In this document: in pieces, positions 1-7,806 of the stretch | How positions within the stretch are numbered: the stretch's first letter is position 1 | Layout: every line of letters starts with the position of its first letter | Assembly: GCA_963695545.1 (NCBI GenBank) | Contig: OY968796.1 | Location: forward strand, 1,120,001-1,184,000 | DNA length: 64,000 nucleotides | Direction of reading: 5' to 3' | Source of the DNA: Terriglobia bacterium | GTDB lineage: Bacteria > Acidobacteriota > Terriglobia > Acidiferrales > UBA7541 | Notes under the pieces: generated by a model | What the model was told of the DNA's origin: nothing | Seen by the model: only the letters and a program-made list of their open reading frames with translations | The model's database searches: none | Made by a program: the position numbers and the translations under genes

Positions 1-69
1 ATTATCGAAGTGCGCCTGAATGAAATCGACCAGGAAGAGCGCGTGATGCTGGTCGAGCGCGTTCCTTGA
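1..69 (+). CDS. pyrR: PyrR (pyrimidine operon regulator/UPRTase), 3' end only
   Basis: Frame 1 reads IIEVRLNEIDQEERVMLVERVP*, resembling the PyrR C-terminus. Its stop overlaps the pyrB start (TTGA). Confidence 0.75.
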   Translation: MIEVRLNEIDQEERVMLVERVP

Positions 70-1082
70 TTCACCCGGAGACATCTGCTGCCGCCGAAGC
101 GCGGATCGCTCCCGAAGAGATCGTGCCTTTTCGGTTCAACGACTTCCTGGCCATCGAGCCGCTTCACGCGGACGAAATCACTTTTCTTCTGGACCAAGCC
201 AAACCCTTCCAGGAAATTCAGCGCCATCCGTTGAAAAAATTGGCGACGCTGCGCGGAAAAACGGTGGGCATCGCGTTTTTCGAGGCGTCCACGCGCACGC
301 GCATCAGTTTCTCAACAGCCGCGGCTCGGCTCGGCGCCGATACCATGCAGTTGCAGGCGGAATCGTCGAGCCTGCAAAAGGGCGAATCGCTGCTCGATAC
401 CGTGCGCACGCTGGATGCGATGAAGCCGGATTGCATCGTGATGCGCCACCGCTCGTCGGGCGCGGCGGAATTCGTCGCGCGGCACCTTGAAATTCCCGTG
501 CTCAACGCCGGCGACGGCACGCACGAACATCCCACGCAAGCGCTGCTCGACGCGCTGACGATTCGCGATCGGCTCGGACGCCTGGACGGATGGAACGTTT
601 CGATCATCGGCGACATTTTGCACAGCCGCGTGGCGCGCTCGAACATTCATCTGCTTTCAAAATTCGGTTGCCGCATCACGCTCTGCGGGCCGCCGATGTG
701 GGTGCCTCCGGAAATGGAACGCATCACCGGCGGCGAGCCGGTGCGGCGCGTGGCGCGCGTGGAAGAAGCGCTCGACGGCGCGGACATCGTCCACGTGCTG
801 CGCGTGCAGCAGGAGCGGCTGCACGAACCGAAGCTGCCGCTCGACGAATACGTGATGCTCTATCAACTCACGCCCGATCGCCTGCGTCTGGCGCGGCCCG
901 GCGCGCTCGTGCTGCATCCGGGGCCGATGATTCGCGGCCTTGAAATCGATCCGGCCGTGGCCGATGGGCCGCAATCGTGCGTGCTCGAACAAGTGACCAA
1001 CGGTCTGGCCGTGCGCATGGCGCTGCTGTTCCTGCTGATCGGCCACGGCGGCGAAGAATCTCCCGCGAAGGACTCGATCTAA
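66..1082 (+). CDS. pyrB: Aspartate carbamoyltransferase catalytic subunit
   Basis: FFEASTRTRISF, KGESLLDT, NAGDGTHEHPTQALLD, GDILHSRVARS and HPGP motifs. Confidence 0.97.
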   Translation: MIHPETSAAAEARIAPEEIVPFRFNDFLAIEPLHADEITFLLDQAKPFQEIQRHPLKKLATLRGKTVGIAFFEASTRTRISFSTAAARLGADTMQLQAESSSLQKGESLLDTVRTLDAMKPDCIVMRHRSSGAAEFVARHLEIPVLNAGDGTHEHPTQALLDALTIRDRLGRLDGWNVSIIGDILHSRVARSNIHLLSKFGCRITLCGPPMWVPPEMERITGGEPVRRVARVEEALDGADIVHVLRVQQERLHEPKLPLDEYVMLYQLTPDRLRLARPGALVLHPGPMIRGLEIDPAVADGPQSCVLEQVTNGLAVRMALLFLLIGHGGEESPAKDSI

Positions 1083-2355
1083 ATGTTGCTGATCAAGGCC
1101 GGGCACCTGCTCGATCCGGCCAGCAGGACCGATGCCCCCCGCGACATCCTCCTCGATGGCGACCGCATCGTCGCTGTCGAAGCGCCCGGAACGATTGGCG
1201 CGCGCAACGGTGACGTGCAACTGCTTGACGTTGCCGGCCTGATCGTGGCGCCGGGATTTATCGACCTGCACTGCCATCTGCGCGAGCCCGGCGGCGAAAG
1301 TTCCGAGACCATCGAAACTGGTACGCGCGCCGCGGCGCGCGGCGGCTTTACGGCCGTCTGCCCGATGCCCAACACGCGGCCGGTAACGACAACGCATCGG
1401 TGACGCGCTCGATTCTCGAACGCGCACAATCCGCGCACACGCGCGTGTGGCCGATCGGCGCGGCGTCGGCGGGCAGCCAAGGCGAGGCGCTTGCGGAAAT
1501 CGCGGCGATGCAAAAAGCGGGCGTAGTCGCCGTGTCCGACGACGGGCATCCGATCGCGACGGCGAAACTTTTGCGGCAGGTGATGGATTATTGCCGCTCG
1601 CTCGGCATGCCCGTGATCGATCACTGCGAGGACAGTCCGCTTGCTGCGGGCGCCGTCCATGCGCGAAGGGCCGGCGTCGATCCGCACTGGCGTGCGCGGC
1701 ATGCCTGCGGCCGCGGAATCCATCGGCGTGGGGCGCGACATCCAGATCGCCGAACTCACCGGTTGCCGCTTTCACATGGCGCATCTTTCGGCGCGCGCGT
1801 CGCTCGAGATGGTGCGCATCGCAAAGCACAAGCGCTTGGCGGTGTCCTGCGAAGTCACGCCGCATCATTTCACGATGATCGACGAAGAGGTCGGCTACGA
1901 TACGCAATCGCAAAATGAATCCGCCGCTCGGATCGCGCGAGGATCGCGACGCGCTGATCGAAGGATTGGCCGACGGAACCGTGGACGCCATCGCCACCGA
2001 CCACGCCCCGCACGAGCCGGCCACGAAAGAAGTGGAATTCGACCGCGCGCCATTCGGCATCACGGGGTTTGAAACCGCGCTGGGTCTCGCGCTCGAGCTC
2101 GTGCACGCAAAGAAACTCGGTCTTGGGCGCATGGTCGAGCTCTTCACCGTGGGCCCCGCGCATGTTCTGGGAATGCGTCGCCAAGTCTCCGCCGGCGAGC
2201 CAGCCGATCTGACGGTTTTTTCGACCGAGCATCGCTGGACGTTTCGCGCCGCCGAATCCGCCAGCAAATCGCGCAACACTCCCTTCGATGGCCGCGAATT
2301 CCGCGGCGGCCCCATGGCCACGATCGTCGCCGGGCGCGTCGTATATCGGCGATAA
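1083..2355 (+). pseudogene. pyrC: Dihydroorotase split by three single-base frameshifts (pseudogene or sequence error)
   Basis: PGFIDLHCHLREPG, MPNTRP, CEVTPHH, MNPPL and IATDHAPH motifs are spread over 4 ORFs. Indels fall near 1385, 1658 and 1909. Confidence 0.9.
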
Positions 2356-2424
2356 TTCTGCAGCGCCCCAGCCGCATGACTCTTTTTGACGACGGCTAAA
2401 CTCTGTCTTATCAATGCGACGATT

Positions 2425-2762
2425 TGGGGGGTACACACCCCCGGGTATGTTTTGCGTAAGAGTGGCAAACACAGGGCTTGCAGCAAAAGAGTGACAAAGA
2501 GTGCGCAATTGATTGAGCGGGATAGACTTGCGCGCGTTTATTTTCAATGAGTTGCGCACTCTTTTGAAAGAATGTGTATGGGTCTGAAAATTAAGGGGTT
2601 CTTGGGGCGTGACAAAATGGACGCGGACGGATGATGAGGATGGGGTGCACGCAGGGGGAAAAGTCGGGGCAGTGGACGATTCGAATTGATCTCGGGCGAA
2701 CATTCAGAAGCGTCGCATATATTCAAACACATGTCAAGTATTAATTGAGTATTCGAAATAAT
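2425..2762 (-). repeat. Dispersed ~340-bp element, copy 1 (promoter-like head plus AAGAGTGCGCA inverted-repeat core)
   Basis: The core 2535-2589 matches 23380-23434 at 46/55 nt. Both copies share the TTCGAATA(A)CTCA..TTGAC..TATATGC head and an ATACC(C)GGGGGTG tail. Internal inverted repeat AAAGAGTGCGCAA...TTGCGCACTCTTT. Confidence 0.8.
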
Positions 2763-2816
2763 ATCCGCAGGGCAAGCGCAACGTCGCGGAATGGACGATC
2801 GCGCTTCTTATGAGGC

Positions 2817-2849
2817 GGGGTTTTAAGAACCGAAGATTCCTTAAACCCC
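2817..2849 (-). terminator. Stem-loop just after the Nmad2-like stop codon
   Basis: GGGGTTTTAAG...CTTAAACCCC imperfect inverted repeat; no clear U-tract. Confidence 0.35.
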
Positions 2850-3524
2850 TATTCACAAGAGCACTTGCGTTGGCAGCATGTTGTTCTTGACGGTGAAGAA
2901 AGCAATCGCTTGGTCGGCTCGGAAACCCATTCAATTACTCTGCGGGCTGCAATTCCGGTTAGCAGCGCATGTTTTCCTCTCGGATTCTCGGTCAGGGGAT
3001 TTTGAACGGTCGCGTGGCCCCTCCAAGTGACTCCTTCTCGAAGGAGTTCGACTAGCTCCTCGGTTACGACTGGTCCGCCTTTCCCGGCAACCCAGGAGCG
3101 GCTTTCTCCTGTAAAAAAGGCATCTCTTCTCCCCTTAATATCCGTTCGCCAATCCGTCGAATGCGCAGCGCGACGAATATGCTCGTATGTTTCGGGGGCA
3201 CCGTCTACATGACCAACCCCTCTTTTGGGACGAACGTGAATTGCGTTTCGCCGAGCAAGTCTAAAAAGTCTGTCGGTCTCCCCGCTGATATGCGCTTGCG
3301 AAAGTCATTTTCTTGTCAACCCGCATCCAAAGCAGGACTCGACGTTGCCTGCCCACCCCGGCAGGAGAGATGCCCATGATGTAGTCTCCTTCCTCCACTT
3401 CCGGACGCATGTTTTTCTTACACGGTCCAAAAAAGACTTTGCCTTCCTTCACCCACGGTACCGAACCTATCAGGCGGTAGTCCGGGCCAACTGTGGAGAT
3501 GATGTATGCAAAGACGCGAAGCAT
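2849..3524 (-). pseudogene. Nmad2-like (nucleotide-modification-associated domain 2) protein, ~224 aa, with one frameshift near 3281
   Basis: N-part MLRVFAYI..CKKNMRPEVEEGDYIMGI..RVLLWMRVDKKMTF. The adjacent frame stays open for 143 codons from 3280 (..HSTDWRTDIKG..RGKH..W..CCQRKCSCE*). The pattern resembles Nmad2 as recalled. Confidence 0.6.
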
Positions 3525-3528
3525 TTTC

Positions 3529-4515
3529 TTACCCCGCTTGGTCCGAGCGCTTGTTTGAGAGTTCCTCTGCCTCGGAAATGGTTTTGGCAACGAACAACGT
3601 ATCCAACATGCACCACGAGCGCCGATTTCTCTGTATTCTCGGCCCCGTTCTTATTGTCCTGGCCGGTGAAAACGCGGGGCCCAGCTTGTAAAGGAAATGA
3701 GGCCCCCATTCGGCGTTGTTCGGAATCTCGGCGAACTTGTCGTGCGGGTTGAGGAAAATGTCATAGCCTTCAATGTGATGAATGGACTGAAGCTTTCCGT
3801 GATACCGGAAAGCCACGTAGTTCGGAGGTTCTTTAGGCCAAGTTTTCCCTACCGGGTGAAAGTAGCGTCGTCTTTTCTTAACGATGTCGATCAAAGATAT
3901 TTTCCAGCCTTCAGGCGTGCCGCTGCCGAGCGAAACTACATACACCCAATTGGAATCAATGTTTTGCATAGTCATCAACCCCCGCAAATACGTGAGCAGT
4001 TCCCGCAAAATGCGCCTTTCCGCATGCGAGCAATCGGACTGCGCCTCGACTGCGAGCCGAGCCATCTGTTTCCAAGAAATTGGGTGAATCTCTACACCCG
4101 ATGTCTTTCGAGTTTCAAGATTGAGGAGGGCGAATTCACGACTGCATTCGCTCATCACCAGAATCCGCCTCGGCAACCCCTTGCTCGCACGGAAGGAGGG
4201 CCGCTGTGCATACGTCTTCAATTGTTTCTGGCTCGGCAAAGTCCAGCCCCGCTTCGCCTCGACGATTAGAAAAAACTTGCCCGGTGACTCAATCTCGATG
4301 TCTGTGATGCCCGCCTGCTTCTCATGCTGTTGAAGACGGATAACCACGTTGCTCAAATCGGGCGCTATTCCCAAGGCATAGTGAACGAAATTGCCCAGAA
4401 GGTGTGGTGACTGCGAGAGTGCCCAGGCTACGCTGTACGTGATGGCATTTTCGTGTTCGCCAAGGAGGCTGAAAACGCTCTTGACTGTTCTCTTGTGTAG
4501 AAGGAGTTCCGTCAT
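3529..4515 (-). CDS. PD-(D/E)XK nuclease with C-terminal PUA/EVE-like domain
   Basis: EN..T..VAW.L helix, ITDIEI, IVEAK and QLKTY nuclease motifs. The aromatic-rich C-domain reads WVYVVS..RYFHP..NYVAFRY. Confidence 0.75.
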   Translation of the reverse strand: MTELLLHKRTVKSVFSLLGEHENAITYSVAWALSQSPHLLGNFVHYALGIAPDLSNVVIRLQQHEKQAGITDIEIESPGKFFLIVEAKRGWTLPSQKQLKTYAQRPSFRASKGLPRRILVMSECSREFALLNLETRKTSGVEIHPISWKQMARLAVEAQSDCSHAERRILRELLTYLRGLMTMQNIDSNWVYVVSLGSGTPEGWKISLIDIVKKRRRYFHPVGKTWPKEPPNYVAFRYHGKLQSIHHIEGYDIFLNPHDKFAEIPNNAEWGPHFLYKLGPAFSPARTIRTGPRIQRNRRSWCMLDTLFVAKTISEAEELSNKRSDQAG

Positions 4516-4702
4516 CGCGCCTCACCTAAGGACGCATAATACGCTCGCAGATGATTCTTACCACCGCCGCCCGATAAAAACTTACGTAGTCCGAGCGCTT
4601 GCGGTACACTCTCGCTCTGGACTGTTGCGGAATTTTTCTCGCTCGCGTTGCTACGAAGCCTCGGGTTATTCCTGCGAAACAGCCCAGTAAGGCGGGGCTG
4701 CG

Positions 4703-6757
4703 ATGAAATCCACTGGGCCAATCGGAAACTTCGCGCGACTCTGTATTGCGGCTGCGATTCTGGCGATGGCGCCGGGCGTCGCGCACGCTCAGGCGCAGAA
4801 AACAAAACAGCCGGTTGCGACGAAGCCCGCTGCTAGCACTACGCCTCCGAGGCCCGCCACGACTTCAAGACGCACTACAACTTCAAAAACCACCACGACT
4901 ACCACGACGAAAGCGCCTTCCACCTGGAAGTCCGTCTTTCACAAGCCGGCATCCACGACAAAAACTGCCGGCACTTCAAAAACTGTTTCTAAATCGAAAT
5001 CGGGTTCCGCGTCGACGCCCGGTGCTCGTGCGAAAACCGTCTCCAACTCGAAAGCTTCCCCGCCGCCAAAAACGACCGCCACTTCAAAAAGCGTATCCAC
5101 TTCCAAGCCTGCCGCCACTTCGCATGCGGGCGCGGAGCCTCACGGCGCGACGAGCGACGGCGGCCTGAGCGCCACAAAATCCGGCGGGCGCGACGCGGGT
5201 GCGGGCAAGGGCGCCGGTCTGACCGATGCGGGGCGCGGCACCATGACTCCAGCGAGCCGCGGCGCGACGACGGCCGAGAGAAAAACTCCGGATAAAGCCG
5301 AGCCCGACGTGAAGGCGCCGGAGAGCCACGCGCCTGAGACTCACGCAGCGGAGAATCACGCAGAAGGCGCGCGAACCGTGACGCGCCCCAATGGCGACCG
5401 CGCTGAATACAACAGCGCGGGCAAGCCAACAAGATTGACGACAAAAGACGGAGATGAAGCGCGGTTCGATTCACGAGGCCAGATTCGCGCGATTCACACA
5501 CAAGATTCGACAATTCGCCTCGGCCCTCGCGGCGGTCGCACCGTGGTGACCGAGCGCCCCGATCACACGCGCTTGGTGAGCATGGGGCCGCACTACGGTT
5601 ACGTGGATCATCCCGTTGTGCGCAATGGACGACCTTATCTCGAGAGAACCTACGTCGCCGGGGGTCGCGTTTACGCGCGAGCGTATCCCGGCTACTACTA
5701 CCGCGGGGCGCTCTATTATCATTACGTGCCGGCATACACCTACGCTCCGGCGTTCTACGTATGGGCGGTTCGTCCATGGCATGCGCGCGCCAAGTGCAAC
5801 TGGAATTGGGGGCCATGGTATAGCGATTACGCGTCGTACTTCACACCCTATCCCGATTACGACGACGCCTCGCTGTGGCTCACGGATTACGTGATCGCCC
5901 AGCAGCTCCAGGGCGCATACGAATCCCGGCAGCAAGCGCCGCCGGTTTCGCAACCAATCGCGTCCGTTTCCGGCAGCGACGCGAACGCCGGAAGCACGGG
6001 CGCGCCCGCGGGGAGCGCCCCACTCAGTCCCGAGGTCAAGCAAGCGATCGCCGCCGAAGTCACGGCACAGCTCGCCGCCGAAAAAAACTCCGCGATGAAT
6101 ACTCAGGCGGCGTCAGGCACGTCCGCGCCGAGCGGCGACGTGCTGCCGGACGCGCTCAATCCTTCGGAGCGCACCTTCATCGCGGACATCTCGCTCGACG
6201 AGGATACGGTGGACGGCGGAACCTGTTCGGTGGGCGCCGGCGATGTGCTCACGCGCGTCGACACTTCGCCAAACGCGGGTCAAAAGGTTGACGTCATCGT
6301 CCGCAGCAGCCAAAAGGGCGATTGCGCCGCGGGCATACACGTTGCGGTCTCCGTTTCGGACTTGCAGGACATGGCGAACCACTTCCACGAAAAAGTGGAC
6401 GATGGCGTCGATAATCTCGCGAAGAACCAAGCACAGAGCGGAATGCCTCCCGCCCCTCCCTCCGATCCCGTGCAGGTGGCGGACGCGCAGGCCAAACCGG
6501 ATCTCGATGCGCAACGCCTCTTGCATCAGCAACAGCAGTCCGCGGACCAGACCGAGAAGAACGTTCAGCAGTCCGTGAATCACCTGGGCGCAATTTCTTC
6601 GCGGTTCGTTGATCGAGGGACGAGCGCGGCGCTCGCGATCGAGGGCGGCGGCCTCGGCGGGACGCGATTCGCAGATTCCGCGAACGAAGACGCCGCAATT
6701 CTTCCGTCGAATTCCGAAACGCAGGTTCGCACACGCCACAAATCCTCGACGCCGTAA
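4703..6757 (+). CDS. Large exported protein of unknown function (T/K/S-rich N-arm, Y/W-rich middle)
   Basis: 684-aa ORF with a signal peptide ending AHA-Q, a low-complexity linker and a globular C-half with a Cys pair. Confidence 0.8.
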   Translation: MKSTGPIGNFARLCIAAAILAMAPGVAHAQAQKTKQPVATKPAASTTPPRPATTSRRTTTSKTTTTTTTKAPSTWKSVFHKPASTTKTAGTSKTVSKSKSGSASTPGARAKTVSNSKASPPPKTTATSKSVSTSKPAATSHAGAEPHGATSDGGLSATKSGGRDAGAGKGAGLTDAGRGTMTPASRGATTAERKTPDKAEPDVKAPESHAPETHAAENHAEGARTVTRPNGDRAEYNSAGKPTRLTTKDGDEARFDSRGQIRAIHTQDSTIRLGPRGGRTVVTERPDHTRLVSMGPHYGYVDHPVVRNGRPYLERTYVAGGRVYARAYPGYYYRGALYYHYVPAYTYAPAFYVWAVRPWHARAKCNWNWGPWYSDYASYFTPYPDYDDASLWLTDYVIAQQLQGAYESRQQAPPVSQPIASVSGSDANAGSTGAPAGSAPLSPEVKQAIAAEVTAQLAAEKNSAMNTQAASGTSAPSGDVLPDALNPSERTFIADISLDEDTVDGGTCSVGAGDVLTRVDTSPNAGQKVDVIVRSSQKGDCAAGIHVAVSVSDLQDMANHFHEKVDDGVDNLAKNQAQSGMPPAPPSDPVQVADAQAKPDLDAQRLLHQQQQSADQTEKNVQQSVNHLGAISSRFVDRGTSAALAIEGGGLGGTRFADSANEDAAILPSNSETQVRTRHKSSTP

Positions 6758-6758
6758 T

Positions 6759-7718
6759 TCACGCGCGCGGGTGCGCTTTGTCGTAAACGTCCATCAGCTG
6801 GCTGATCGTGGCGTGAGTATATTTTTGCGTGGTGGAAAGCGATGCGTGGCCCAGCAATTCCTGGATGGCGCGCAGATCGGCGCCGTCGGCGAGCAGATGC
6901 GTAGCGAAGGCGTGGCGCAGTGAGTGGGGATGCAGGCTCCAATTGATGTTCACCAGAGCCGCATATTTTTTGAGGATGCGATTCACCGAACGCGGCGAGA
7001 GGCGCGTGCCCGCGTAGTTCAGAAACACGGCTTGCGCATCGGTTCGTCCCTTCGCGTGCTCCAGAATCCCGGTGCGCACTTCCCAATACGCGGCGATGGC
7101 GCGCTCGGCTTTGCTGCCGAACGGCACGATGCGCTCCTTATTTCCTTTGCCGAGCACGCGCAGCATTTTTTCCTTGCGGTCCATGTCGGCGATGTTCAGT
7201 CCGGTCAACTCGCTCACGCGCAAGCCTGAAGCGTAAAGCAACTCGAAGAGAGCCAGATCGCGCTTCACCAGCAGATGCGATTCGTGCGGCGAAGCGCCCG
7301 GCCGCGACGCTTTTCCAGCCAGCGCTCCCTCACCGGCGGCAACCATTTGATCGAGAAAACCGTTCATCTCCTCCGCGCTCAAAACCCTGGGCAAGCGCTT
7401 CGGCAGCTTCGGCGTCGAAACCAATCGCGCTGGACTGCTTTCCAAAATGCCCTCGCGCACGCAATATTTAAAAAGCGAGCGGATCGAAGCCAGCTTTCGC
7501 GCCATCGTGCTTTTCTGCAAACCACGGCCGTGCAGATGGCCCAGGAATTCGCGAATCGTGCGGTGATCGATTTTGTCGAGCTGAGGCGGCGCCGCGCCGG
7601 GTGGCGTGAGATAGGCGACGAAATCGAGCAGGTCGGTCTGGTAATTGCGCAGCGTGCTCGGCGAAGCGTTGCGGACCGAGCGCAGGTAATCGATGTAACG
7701 CGCGATTACAGCTTTCAT
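6759..7718 (-). CDS. xerC: Tyrosine recombinase XerC
   Basis: LYASGLRVSEL, GKGNKER, HSLRHAFATHLL and LGHASLSTTQKY motifs; lies downstream of topA. Confidence 0.92.
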   Translation of the reverse strand: MKAVIARYIDYLRSVRNASPSTLRNYQTDLLDFVAYLTPPGAAPPQLDKIDHRTIREFLGHLHGRGLQKSTMARKLASIRSLFKYCVREGILESSPARLVSTPKLPKRLPRVLSAEEMNGFLDQMVAAGEGALAGKASRPGASPHESHLLVKRDLALFELLYASGLRVSELTGLNIADMDRKEKMLRVLGKGNKERIVPFGSKAERAIAAYWEVRTGILEHAKGRTDAQAVFLNYAGTRLSPRSVNRILKKYAALVNINWSLHPHSLRHAFATHLLADGADLRAIQELLGHASLSTTQKYTHATISQLMDVYDKAHPRA

Positions 7719-7806
7719 CTAAGGCACGCCGCGCGCGCCGGCCCGCGCGCCAAAATCCGAGACGCATTGCGCGCCGCGTTCTGCGCGGCCCGGTTCGAGA
7801 CCGGCT

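Noticed and set aside
2440..2570. Recurrent AAGAGTG units as a CRISPR array
   Set aside because: The units are short, irregularly spaced and partly inverted, with no repeat-spacer periodicity and no cas genes.
1870..2703. ORFs crossing the repeat copies (also 23097-23675 and 23338-23631) sharing FQ..THS.KRVR.SLK.N
   Set aside because: The similarity is confined to the nucleotide core, and starts, lengths and downstream frames differ. It is better explained as a non-coding repeat.
6759..7718. Tyrosine recombinase as the integrase of the nearby island
   Set aside because: The sequence and the dprA-topA context indicate chromosomal XerC, and no att repeats were found.
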